This document shows positions 8,154 to 16,987 of a stretch of 23,591 bases of DNA, piece after piece. The stretch lies in NCBI GenBank assembly GCA_001443395.1, contig LDXK01000006.1:1-23591 (forward strand). The letters run 5' to 3'. Made by a program: the position numbers and the translations under genes. The number at the start of each line of letters is the position of its first letter. Position 1 is the stretch's first letter. Origin of the DNA: a candidate division WWE3 bacterium CSP1-7. Lineage in GTDB: Bacteria; Patescibacteriota; WWE3; 9FT-COMBO-53-11. Below the pieces are notes generated by a model. That model was not told where the DNA came from. It made no database searches and was given only the letters and a program-made list of their open reading frames with translations.

Positions 8154-9131
8154 GTGAAAAAGTCGATCTACGCTCCGTGGCTGGTTCGTTTCTATCACTG
8201 GTACCACGAGGATCGGCGAAGGCGGCGCCAGGAAGACCTCTGCCACTTTGGGCGGGTGGTCTTCTTCTGGGCCCCGCTCTATTGGTTCTTTGAACGGCGG
8301 ATTTTCGGATGGGTTCGGCCTTGGCTGATCGTTCTCTCGACCGCGCTCCTCACCTTCTACGTCGTTCTCTTCGCCGCCCAACCGCAGATGGTGCGAATCA
8401 CCACCATCTACCTTCTGGCAATTGTAGCTGGGTCGGCCGCGATTTTCGCCGTCGCCGTGCCGACACTACAGTCTTTGGACCACGGTCGGCTGGGCAAATT
8501 ACTCGTCTGGCCGGAACACAGCCTGGTGCACGTCTGGATGTTCCTGGCGGTTGGTGCCTTCGCGATCCTCTCCTACTTCGCCGCGTACCACATCGTTATG
8601 GTTGTGATGATTTCTTTGGGTCTGGCAGCGGTGCTCGGGGGAGCTGCCGGAATCATCGTGTTGGGTGGATACCTCGTCGTCGCTGCGTTCAAGGGATTAT
8701 TCGCCGTTCTGGGTCGGATTCTGCCCCCGTTGCCGTCGATTGAGATTTCTTTTCCGGCGCCGGTGGCGAACGCCTTCAAGAACGCCGCCGGGGCGATCTC
8801 ACTGGCTTGGAACTGGCTCTTGACGCTCAAGCGCCGGACGATCTGCCCCTGGGTGACTTTCAGGGATGGGGTGATCGAGTTTGAGTTTGCGCCCGAGCCC
8901 GCCAAACCGTCGGCTCTGGCTGCGGTGGTGTCTTCCGCTGCGAAGGTCCAAACGGCGATCTATCCCAAGCCGAAGGGCAAGGCCAAACGGAAAGCGGGAA
9001 CCAAACCGAAGTCTAAGTCCAAGTCGAAGAAGAAATCGGCCTCGTCCCGCAAATCCGATTCGATCCGCGCTCTACGCCGCTCCGGCTTCAAGTTCGGAAA
9101 ACCGGAAGAAGGTGGTCGCAACGATATCTAG
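8154..9131 (+). CDS. Hypothetical multi-pass membrane protein with Lys/Arg/Ser-rich C-terminal tail
   Basis: GTG 8154 after SD GAGGAGGG; several hydrophobic helices; tail KPKGKAKRKAGTKPKSKSKSKKKSASSRK. Confidence 0.75.
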   Translation: MKKSIYAPWLVRFYHWYHEDRRRRRQEDLCHFGRVVFFWAPLYWFFERRIFGWVRPWLIVLSTALLTFYVVLFAAQPQMVRITTIYLLAIVAGSAAIFAVAVPTLQSLDHGRLGKLLVWPEHSLVHVWMFLAVGAFAILSYFAAYHIVMVVMISLGLAAVLGGAAGIIVLGGYLVVAAFKGLFAVLGRILPPLPSIEISFPAPVANAFKNAAGAISLAWNWLLTLKRRTICPWVTFRDGVIEFEFAPEPAKPSALAAVVSSAAKVQTAIYPKPKGKAKRKAGTKPKSKSKSKKKSASSRKSDSIRALRRSGFKFGKPEEGGRNDI

Positions 9132-9141
9132 TGTTTGTTTC

Positions 9142-9177
9142 AGCCCTGAAGGCATCTGCGCTTTCGGGGCTTTTTTT
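9142..9177 (+). terminator. Intrinsic terminator (copy 2 of duplicated hairpin)
   Basis: AGCCCTGAAGGC-atctgc-GCTTTCGGGGCT followed by T6. Confidence 0.8.
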
Positions 9178-9211
9178 GTTCCCTTTTCCCTATGGTAATA
9201 TTTAACCTGGC

Positions 9212-9940
9212 ATGGCAGAGAAAAAACCGAAAACAAAAAAGCAAGAAGCGAAAAGTGCGATTGTTAGATTAACGATTCCCTCCCCCGAGCAGCTCCTGGA
9301 AGCGGGAGTGCACTTCGGGCACCTCAAACGGCGCTGGTATCCAAAGATGGCGCCCTTCATCTACACCGAAAAAGAGGGCGTACACGTCTTCGACCTCTAC
9401 AAGACCCGGGACCAGCTCTCGGCGGCGGCGAAATTCCTCCGGGAGGTGGTTTCCAAAGGCGGGAGAGTTCTTTTCGTCGGCACCAAAAAGCAGGCTCAGG
9501 AGATCGTCGCCCGGGAAGCCTCTCGGGCCGGCGCGTTCTACCTCAACAAACGCTGGGTCGGGGGACTGCTGACCAATTTCGGCTCGGTCAAGAAGAATAT
9601 CGAAAAGATGGAGGATCTCTCCAAGAAGATTCGCGAGAAGGAACTCTCTCAATACACCAAAAAGGAGCAGCTTTTGGCGGCGCGGGATTTGGCGAAGTTG
9701 GAGAGTGATATCGGGGGACTCGACGGGATGCGCGAGCTTCCCCAGGCCTTGGTCCTGGCTTCGGCGAAATCGGAAGAGATCGCTGCCGCCGAGGCTCGCC
9801 AGCGGGGGATTCCGATTGTGGGGATCGTTGACACCAATGCTGATCCTTCCAAGGTCAACTATCCGATTCCAGGGAATGACGACGCCTCGGCTGCGATTTC
9901 AATTATTATTGAGACGTTGGCGAATGCCGTGAAGAAGTAA
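9212..9940 (+). CDS. rpsB: 30S ribosomal protein S2
   Basis: LLEAGVHFGH, LFVGTKKQA, RWVGGLLTNF, IVDTNADP and YPIPGNDDA. Confidence 0.97.
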   Translation: MAEKKPKTKKQEAKSAIVRLTIPSPEQLLEAGVHFGHLKRRWYPKMAPFIYTEKEGVHVFDLYKTRDQLSAAAKFLREVVSKGGRVLFVGTKKQAQEIVAREASRAGAFYLNKRWVGGLLTNFGSVKKNIEKMEDLSKKIREKELSQYTKKEQLLAARDLAKLESDIGGLDGMRELPQALVLASAKSEEIAAAEARQRGIPIVGIVDTNADPSKVNYPIPGNDDASAAISIIIETLANAVKK

Positions 9941-9942
9941 AA

Positions 9943-10395
9943 ATGGCGGTCACGACCGAAGACATCAAAAAACTGCGGGAGGAGACCCAGGCTCCGGTGA
10001 TGGAGGTCAAGCATGCCCTGGAAGAGGCCGGGGGAAATGCGGCCGAAGCGAAGAAGCTCCTCTCCGAGAAGGCCCTGGTCCGCGCCGAGAGCAAAAAGGG
10101 CCGAGAGGCCGGGGACGGGATGGTGTTTTCTTACGTGCATTCGGGAGGGAGAGTTGGCGTATTGGTGGACCTCCGCTGCGAAACCGATTTTGTCGCCCGG
10201 ACGGAAGTTTTCAAGAACCTGGGAAAGGAACTCTGCCTCCAGGTTGCTTCGATGGATCCCCAGAGTGTGGCCGAGCTTCTCGAACAGGAGTACATCCGCG
10301 AGCCGGAGAAGAAGATGGCGGACTTGGTTGGCGAAGCATCCGGAACGCTGGGAGAACACGTCAAAATTGAGCGTTTTGTCCGTTATGATATCTGA
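9943..10395 (+). CDS. tsf: Elongation factor Ts (short, 150 aa)
   Basis: IKKLREETQA.VMEVK.AL, SYVH, L.CETDFVAR and IERFVRY; follows rpsB. Confidence 0.95.
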   Translation: MAVTTEDIKKLREETQAPVMEVKHALEEAGGNAAEAKKLLSEKALVRAESKKGREAGDGMVFSYVHSGGRVGVLVDLRCETDFVARTEVFKNLGKELCLQVASMDPQSVAELLEQEYIREPEKKMADLVGEASGTLGEHVKIERFVRYDI

Positions 10396-10921
10396 TTTAG
10401 AGCAAAATTTTGAGAGGATTTTGGCCAAACTTCAGGAAGATCTGGCCCTGATTCGTACCGGCCGGGCTTCCTCCACTTTGGTAGAAGGCCTAAAAGTTAC
10501 CGTTTACGGTTCGGTGATGACTCTCAAAGAGCTCGCCTCAATTGCGATTCCCGAACCCCGCCAAATTCTGATTACTCCCTGGGATAAGACGATTATCACC
10601 GATATCGAAAAGGCCCTTCGGGTCCAGAACTTTAGCCCCGTGGTCGATGAGACGATGATCAGAGTTGCTCTCCCTTCCCTCACCGGCGAGGAACGCGAGA
10701 AGATTGTCAAGGAAGTAGGGGTGAAGATCGAGGAGGCCAAAGTCGGCCTGCGATTTGTCCGCCGGGGCGAGGTTGAGAGGATCGAATCCGCCCAGAAAAA
10801 CAAAGAGATTTCCGAGGACGAGGAGTTCTCGCAAAAGAAAGCGGTCGACCAACTTTTGGAAAAATATGGCCGGCGGATAGACGAGATTTCACAGGAGAAA
10901 GTAGCCCAGCTTCAGCTTTAG
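10385..10921 (+). CDS. frr: Ribosome recycling factor
   Basis: IRTGRAS, ITPWDK, P.LTGEER, R.VRR and ISEDE. Likely start is ATG 10385, overlapping the end of tsf (same frame as track ORF 10013..10921). Confidence 0.93.
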   Translation: MISDLEQNFERILAKLQEDLALIRTGRASSTLVEGLKVTVYGSVMTLKELASIAIPEPRQILITPWDKTIITDIEKALRVQNFSPVVDETMIRVALPSLTGEEREKIVKEVGVKIEEAKVGLRFVRRGEVERIESAQKNKEISEDEEFSQKKAVDQLLEKYGRRIDEISQEKVAQLQL

Positions 10922-10938
10922 ATAAAATAAACTAGATT

Positions 10939-11982
10939 ATGGAAATTTTGTCAATTCTTCGATTCTTGTTTTTGCTTTCGGTGCTTATTTTTGTGCACGA
11001 AGGGGGCCATTTTTTGATCGCCCGTTTGTTTGGAGTAGCGGTAGAGGAATTCGGATTCGGAATCCCGCCTCGCATTTGGGGAAAGAAGATTGGCGGTACG
11101 ATCTACTCGATCAATCTTCTCCCGATCGGGGGATTTGTCCGCCTTAAGGGCGAGGAGGGGGAAACTCTCGGTTTTGGAGGGGCGGGCTCTTTTGCTATCC
11201 AGAGCAAACTCAAACGGGCCGGGATCGTTGCGGCCGGCGCTTTAGGTAATTTTGTGCTGGCCTGGTTGGTCTTTTCTCTCCTGTGGGGATTGGGGAAGAA
11301 CGTTTCGGCCGAAAAGGTGCTGGTGAACAAGGTTTCGCTCGGTTCACCGGCGGCGGCCGCGGGAATTGCCGAGGGAGATTACATCCTTTCCTTCAACGGC
11401 GAGCGGGTGGAAACGGCCGAGGAACTGCTCACCCTAACCAAAGATAGCTTGGAGAAAACCGCTACTTTGGGGTTCGAGCGGGATAGTGAGGCGGTTTCGG
11501 TGAGCATCGTGCCGCGGGCTGATCCTCCGAAAGGGGAAGGGCCGCTGGGAGTAGGAATCACGACCGCTATCAAAGAAGAGAAAGTTCCTTTCTGGCAGAC
11601 ACCCTGGTTTGGTCTAAAGGAGACTTTCGAAACAACTATCATGATGATCAAGAGTTTTGGGGGAACAGTCACCTCTCTTTTCCGAGGAGAGGAAGTGATG
11701 GTCGGGGGTCCGGTGGCGATCTACGCCTTTTCCAAGGTGTATGCGGATGGTTTTAAACCTTTCCTTGATTTCATGGCGCTCCTCTCATTGAACCTGGTGG
11801 TGGTGAACCTTCTCCCGATTCCGGCGCTGGATGGGGGGAGAATTCTCTTCATCGGGATCGAAGCCCTACGGCGCAAGAAGCTTTCGCCGCGGACCGAAGC
11901 CGCGATCAATTCCGTGGGTTTGATAATCCTGATTGCGCTGATCGTAATCCTATCGGTTCGCGACATTCGAACTTTCTTTTAG
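10939..11982 (+). CDS. rseP: RIP metalloprotease RseP (M50, one PDZ)
   Basis: HEGGH, FGFGIPP, LPIGGFV, PDZ (GSPAAAAGIAEGDYIL) and NLLPIPALDGG; conserved position downstream of frr. Confidence 0.92.
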   Translation: MEILSILRFLFLLSVLIFVHEGGHFLIARLFGVAVEEFGFGIPPRIWGKKIGGTIYSINLLPIGGFVRLKGEEGETLGFGGAGSFAIQSKLKRAGIVAAGALGNFVLAWLVFSLLWGLGKNVSAEKVLVNKVSLGSPAAAAGIAEGDYILSFNGERVETAEELLTLTKDSLEKTATLGFERDSEAVSVSIVPRADPPKGEGPLGVGITTAIKEEKVPFWQTPWFGLKETFETTIMMIKSFGGTVTSLFRGEEVMVGGPVAIYAFSKVYADGFKPFLDFMALLSLNLVVVNLLPIPALDGGRILFIGIEALRRKKLSPRTEAAINSVGLIILIALIVILSVRDIRTFF

Positions 11983-12003
11983 TTAATATAAGGGTGTCCT
12001 ACA

Positions 12004-15000
12004 ATGCCTGCCTGGCTGAAGAGAGTTCTTTCGGTTCTAACCTTGTCGATTCTTCTTTTTGCCCAAGTTCCTTGGGTTTACGCCGCTGATCTCTCCCTGA
12101 GCAACTCCGCGAATTACGATGTTCGTTACGACGGATCGGTTGTTGACGAAAGTCTTTCAGATTGGGGAAATACCCTGATTGGAGATGTAAATGGAGACGG
12201 AGTGGACGATTTGGTTATGGGGGCGAGTGCCTATGACGGGGTTGATTACTTCGGAGCCGTTTACGTTATTTTCGGCGGCCCCCAGTCCGGTAATAAGTCC
12301 CTCTCCACCGCCGGCAACTACAACATCCGTTACGAAGGAGCGGTGGACGAGGAGATCGGGACCTCGGCGGCGTTGGCAATCGGTGATGTAAACGGAGACG
12401 GAAAGGGGGATCTGATTATCGGTTCTCATCCGGCGAATAACAACGGGGTCGACTCCGGTTCCGCTTGGGTAATCTTCTCCACTCTGATTGACGATGTCGG
12501 GACCACTACCGGCAACAACAAATCCCTCCCCACCGCCGGCAACTACAATATCCGTTACGATGCTCCTGACTCGGCGGGATTCGGTTTGACTTTTGAAGCG
12601 GGGATTGCGGTGGGAGATGTGAATGGAGACGGGAAGAGAGACCTAGTGTTGACCGACCGGGATGCCGACAACAACGGAGCCAATTCCGGTTCGGTTTGGG
12701 TAATGTTCTCAACCTTGATCGACAACGTCGGTGCCACCACCGGTAATGATAAGGATTTGTCTGTTGCCGGTAACTACAACATCCGTTACGACGGCGGAGC
12801 CGTCAGTGATCTTCTCGCGATCGACGGGGCTATCACGATTGCCGATGTGAATGGAGACAATTTTAGCGATCTGATGCTAGGAACTCGGCTTGCTTCCAAT
12901 AATGATTTGTTCTCCGGTTCGGTCTGGGTAATGTTCTCGACCCTAATCGATGACGTTGGGGACACTACCGGCAATGACAAGCCTCTTGATGTTGGTACCA
13001 ATTACAACATCCGCTATGACGGCGGAGCGGCCGATGATCAGTTGACCGAAGGTGGTACTGGAAGACAAATTCTCGGAGAAGATGTGAACGGGGACGGAAA
13101 GGGAGATCTGGCGGTCGCCACGAATAGTGCCAGTTACAACGGAGCCAGTTCCGGTTCGGTCTGGGTAATGTTCTCGACCCTAATCGATGACGTTGGGGAC
13201 ACTACCGGCAATGACAAGCCTCTTGATGTTGGTACCAATTACAACATCCGCTACGACGGCGGAGCCGTGAGCGATTTTTTGTCTACCAGAGGATCATTAG
13301 CTATAGGTGACATCAACAACGATGGATTGGGCGACTTGGTAATCGGGGCGTCGGGCGCCAGCGGGGGTGGCGACACCCGCGGTTCGGTGTACAAGTTCCT
13401 TTCTACTCTGATCGACGACGTCGGGGCCACTACCGGCAACAACAAATCGCTGGGAGTTTCGGCGAACTACACCGACCGTTATGACGGAGCGGCCGATTTT
13501 GACGAGTTAACTGCGGATGGGGCTTTGGCAATCGGAGATGTTAACGCTGACGGTGGGAACGATCTTTTGATGGGTACATTCGATGCCGCTAACAACGGGG
13601 ACTTCTCGGGTTCGGTCTGGGTCGTTTACGGTCCGTCTCCTGCCCCTCCGCCTCCTGCCAACAGTGCTCCGAACGTGCCGTCTTCACTGGGAGGACATGT
13701 TTCCGGCTTTTACATTGCTGACAACACCCCGACTCTAACCTTTAACCTCTCCGATCCCGACACCGGTGATCAGGTTAGGTTTCGAATCCAGGTTGATAAC
13801 AACTCCGATTTCTCTTCTCCGGTGGTAGATTCCACTTCCTCTCTGGGTTCCCAGGGAGCCCGCTCCTTCACGGTCGGAACACCTCTCGCCGATGGCTCCT
13901 ATTATTGGAGAGTGCGGGCGACCGACGGGGACGGGGCGGCGAGCGCTTATGCCACCGCCAATGGAGGGAGTGTGGCGTTTCGGGTGGATACGACTCTCCC
14001 TTCTGCCCCGGGAACTCCCTTGGGAACAGTGGCGGAAGGAAGCCGAACTCCCACTTGGGTTTGGGACACGGCGATCGATACCGGGTCGGGTTTGCGGTCG
14101 GCCGACACCTACTTACTGCAATGGAGTATGGATTCGACTTTCACCACCGGCTTGTTCTCGATCTACGTTGATGCGGCGACATTTATCCACACCGTCGACC
14201 TGGAAGACGGCACCTGGTACCTGCGGGCGCAGGCCTTCGATGCGGTGGGGAACTCTTCCGAATTCTCAGCCACTGGAGAGGTTACGGTTTTAGGGGCCGA
14301 AGAAGAGCCGCTCCCGATTTCCGGGTGCATCGATCCGAACGCAAACAATTACAACCCAAGTGCTGAAGTAGATGATGGCAGTTGCCAGTACCCGACTGAG
14401 GAAGAGCAACCGCCCTTGATCCAGGTTATCGTCGGGGCGATCACCGGCCTTTATCAAAATATTCGGGCTCTAATAGATACGCTAGCGCAGGATGTTCAAC
14501 GCCTTCCCCTTCCGGTAAAACAGGGAGCAGATCTTGTTTCCAAAGGCGCCTTGCCGGTGATTGCGGTTACTTTATGGTTGCAGACGGGGATCTTATTTTT
14601 CGACCTGTCGTTTCTCCTAAATCCCCAACTTTTGGGGGCGGCATTCTTGGCACTTCTCGGGCTGCGCAAGAAAAAAGAACGGCCCTGGGGATTAATTTAC
14701 GATTCGATTACTAAACACCCGCTTAATTTTGGGATTGTCCGGCTCTTTTCCAAATCCGGGCAGGAAATCGGGACCGAAATCACCGATCAGTTCGGCGCCT
14801 TTTCCTTCCTCCCTGCTCCGGGGGCGTACGCGCTAGGCGCCCAACGCCCCGGATACCTCTTTCCCTCGAAATTTGTTAAGGGAGCAAGAGACGGCGAGTA
14901 CGAAAATATTTATCGGGGCGGGGAGTTTGCAGTAGGGCCGGAACAGGCTGCGGTGAGTTTGAGCGTTCCGTTGGATCCCCCGGATACGTCCACCTATGGG

Positions 15001-15477
15001 AGAGTTCTAACCATCTTCCGGAGAAGGGGATTCGGTATCAATGCGGTAATCCTCTTGATCGGTGTATCTTTATCGGCCCTCTCCTATCTCGCGATTCCGA
15101 CCGCGCTAAACCAAGTTTTAGTGATTATTTACATGGGTGGTCTGGCGGTTCTGCTTGCTTCTCGGACCGCAAGCGCTTCCCATTGGGGAGCAGTAAGAGA
15201 TGAGAGCGGACAGCCACAGGGAGGAATTGCCCTGGCTTTGGTCAACGCCAAGAGCGGGGCATTGGTGAAGCGGCGGGTAACCAACCCTGAGGGACGGTAT
15301 CAATTCTTGGCGCCGCGGGGCGAGTATCGGATTCTGCTTTCCTCCGTAGATTGGGAGCGTGTTCCCGATGGCTACCAAGGAGAGAACATCCGCCTCAAAA
15401 AAGACGGGGATTTAGTGAACCCTAGGATCACGGTTCGAAAGAAGTCCGAAACAGCGTTGAAGCGGCGAGAGATTTAA
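12004..15477 (+). CDS. Membrane-anchored surface protein with about 7 FG-GAP (integrin-alpha-like) repeats, Ig/FN3-like domains and C-terminal TM plus carboxypeptidase-regulatory-like domains
   Basis: Signal peptide; repeats of GDVNGDGxxDL....GSVWV.F; PSPAPPPP linker; DGSYYWRVRATD and DGTWYLRAQAFDAVGN; GCIDPNANNYNPSAEVDDGSC; TM helices; PWGLIYDSITK.P...TDQFGAFSF and TNPEGRYQF. Confidence 0.85.
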   Translation: MPAWLKRVLSVLTLSILLFAQVPWVYAADLSLSNSANYDVRYDGSVVDESLSDWGNTLIGDVNGDGVDDLVMGASAYDGVDYFGAVYVIFGGPQSGNKSLSTAGNYNIRYEGAVDEEIGTSAALAIGDVNGDGKGDLIIGSHPANNNGVDSGSAWVIFSTLIDDVGTTTGNNKSLPTAGNYNIRYDAPDSAGFGLTFEAGIAVGDVNGDGKRDLVLTDRDADNNGANSGSVWVMFSTLIDNVGATTGNDKDLSVAGNYNIRYDGGAVSDLLAIDGAITIADVNGDNFSDLMLGTRLASNNDLFSGSVWVMFSTLIDDVGDTTGNDKPLDVGTNYNIRYDGGAADDQLTEGGTGRQILGEDVNGDGKGDLAVATNSASYNGASSGSVWVMFSTLIDDVGDTTGNDKPLDVGTNYNIRYDGGAVSDFLSTRGSLAIGDINNDGLGDLVIGASGASGGGDTRGSVYKFLSTLIDDVGATTGNNKSLGVSANYTDRYDGAADFDELTADGALAIGDVNADGGNDLLMGTFDAANNGDFSGSVWVVYGPSPAPPPPANSAPNVPSSLGGHVSGFYIADNTPTLTFNLSDPDTGDQVRFRIQVDNNSDFSSPVVDSTSSLGSQGARSFTVGTPLADGSYYWRVRATDGDGAASAYATANGGSVAFRVDTTLPSAPGTPLGTVAEGSRTPTWVWDTAIDTGSGLRSADTYLLQWSMDSTFTTGLFSIYVDAATFIHTVDLEDGTWYLRAQAFDAVGNSSEFSATGEVTVLGAEEEPLPISGCIDPNANNYNPSAEVDDGSCQYPTEEEQPPLIQVIVGAITGLYQNIRALIDTLAQDVQRLPLPVKQGADLVSKGALPVIAVTLWLQTGILFFDLSFLLNPQLLGAAFLALLGLRKKKERPWGLIYDSITKHPLNFGIVRLFSKSGQEIGTEITDQFGAFSFLPAPGAYALGAQRPGYLFPSKFVKGARDGEYENIYRGGEFAVGPEQAAVSLSVPLDPPDTSTYGRVLTIFRRRGFGINAVILLIGVSLSALSYLAIPTALNQVLVIIYMGGLAVLLASRTASASHWGAVRDESGQPQGGIALALVNAKSGALVKRRVTNPEGRYQFLAPRGEYRILLSSVDWERVPDGYQGENIRLKKDGDLVNPRITVRKKSETALKRREI
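12913..13253 (+). repeat. Exact 104-bp direct repeat (12913-13016 = 13150-13253, offset 237) inside the FG-GAP gene
   Basis: Compared base by base; identical including third codon positions. Confidence 0.9.
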
Positions 15478-15542
15478 CCCCTTTTAATTGATTTGACTCC
15501 CGGTGTTATAGTTGTAGGAATTAGCTAGGAAAGGAGAGAAAC

Positions 15543-15818
15543 GTGTCCGCCAGCGATGCTTCTGCCGGTCCGTTTGCGTTGGCAAATCCGGAGGGGATTG
15601 AGCTCTTGGAGGGATTGGTGAGGGAGATTGTGGCGGGGAGGGCGAGATTCCCGACCGAGGAGCAGCTCGACGCGGCAGGAGTCGATTCCTGGTCGGTCGT
15701 TCTAAACTACCTGGCCGCCCGTCGGATCCACGCCTTGTGTCCCCGGGTTGATCCAAAGATGGAAGAGGAACGGATCTGGTCGCGCCTGCAGGTTTTCTGG
15801 AAGATCAGTCGAGCATAA
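15543..15818 (+). CDS. Small hypothetical protein
   Basis: GTG start after SD AAAGGAG; TGnTATAGT upstream; own terminator downstream. Confidence 0.65.
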   Translation: MSASDASAGPFALANPEGIELLEGLVREIVAGRARFPTEEQLDAAGVDSWSVVLNYLAARRIHALCPRVDPKMEEERIWSRLQVFWKISRA

Positions 15819-15849
15819 TCGGGCTTTTCCCCAGCCCGATTTTTCTTTT
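15817..15849 (+). terminator. Intrinsic terminator
   Basis: AATCGGGCT-tttcccc-AGCCCGATT followed by a T tract. Confidence 0.75.
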
Positions 15850-15862
15850 GCCCTGACGATGA

Positions 15863-15891
15863 TTGCTTTTTTCAAATTTACATCCTATAAT
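15863..15891 (+). promoter_or_regulatory. sigma70 promoter of the tadG-tadE pair
   Basis: TTGCTT-N17-TATAAT. Confidence 0.7.
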
Positions 15892-15931
15892 AGTTGGAGT
15901 CAAAACCCATAAACGGAAAAGGAGAGAACCG

Positions 15932-16987
15932 ATGTTGGGATTTTTGCGACACTCGCGCTCCGAAAGGGGCCAGGCTCTGGTGCTTTTGGCCATCGGATTT
16001 ATGGCGCTGGCGGCCTTTGTGGGCCTGGCGATCGACGGCTGGCACTGGTACAGGGAAATCGATCGAGCCCGCCGCGCCGTCAATGAGGCCTGCGGCTACG
16101 CTGCCGCCGCGGTTTGGCAGGGAGGAAACGGCTTGGCCGCTTTCCAGAGTTCCCTGCAGGCGAACGGGATCGCTCCCGAGGCCTATGCGCCGAACGAGGG
16201 AACGGGTTTCGATCTCACCCGGGGCTACGAGTACGACGGCTACAGCCGCAGTATCTTCACCGCCCTCAAGTCCGATACCGAAACCTACTTCCTTCCGATC
16301 GTTGGTTGGAACACTCTGCCGGTGGTGGCGTGGGAGCGTTGTACCACGACCGGAGCGTTCATTAGCCCGGTTGCGGTTGACATTCTCCCCTTCCAAGATT
16401 CCTTGGATAATGGGACTTGGATCCATGTGGTGGGACAGGGAAGCGAAGCGCGGATTGACTCCGGCGCGAACTATCGCGGGGTGATCTTTCCCTTCATCTG
16501 GTGCGTGAACAGCGCTTCGGATTACACCCCGAACACCAACTGTCCCTACGCTGCGCCTTTTTGGCCGATCTCGGAATCCCCGCCTTCGGCCCAGACCGCC
16601 AAGAACGAATTAGCGGACTACTGCTGGGCGGGGCTCTGCAATCGCATCTTCACTCCGGTGGGGACGCGTCTGGCGACCGTTTCGGGAACCAGCAACAATC
16701 AGCTCTGCAAATCCGCGGTGGATGCCGGTTTGGTGCCGGGAACGGAGTTCGTCGCGATCATCTACGACGGCGAGGTGATTTCCCCGGATCCCAGCTACGG
16801 CGGATGGGAGAACATCGGCGTGCTGGGGTGGGGGAAATTCAGGGTCGTGGACCTCCAGCCCAGCACCAACAACTGCAATTCGCTGGTGGCCGTCGCCATC
16901 GGTGGAATCTACTCGAGTCTGCAGGAAATTCCGGGTCCGTTCAAGACCCGAGAGATTCCCTGGGACGCGCAAGGAGGTTGGTGGTGA
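15932..16987 (+). CDS. TadG-like Flp pilus pseudopilin with Cys-rich C-terminal domain
   Basis: RSERGQALVLLAIGFMALAAFVGLAIDG (Tad N-terminal motif) and TYFLPIVG. ATG 15932 follows SD AAAGGAG; the track start at 15863 overlaps the promoter. Confidence 0.8.
   Translation: MLGFLRHSRSERGQALVLLAIGFMALAAFVGLAIDGWHWYREIDRARRAVNEACGYAAAAVWQGGNGLAAFQSSLQANGIAPEAYAPNEGTGFDLTRGYEYDGYSRSIFTALKSDTETYFLPIVGWNTLPVVAWERCTTTGAFISPVAVDILPFQDSLDNGTWIHVVGQGSEARIDSGANYRGVIFPFIWCVNSASDYTPNTNCPYAAPFWPISESPPSAQTAKNELADYCWAGLCNRIFTPVGTRLATVSGTSNNQLCKSAVDAGLVPGTEFVAIIYDGEVISPDPSYGGWENIGVLGWGKFRVVDLQPSTNNCNSLVAVAIGGIYSSLQEIPGPFKTREIPWDAQGGWW

Noticed and set aside
10013-10384. N-terminal extension of frr in the ORF track (likewise 16501..16983 for tadE)
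   Set aside because: The extension overlaps tsf (or tadG) in another frame; homology begins at 10385 (or 16984).
12280-13500. CRISPR array
   Set aside because: The repeats are in-frame protein repeats with a period of roughly 230-240 bp, and no cas genes are present.
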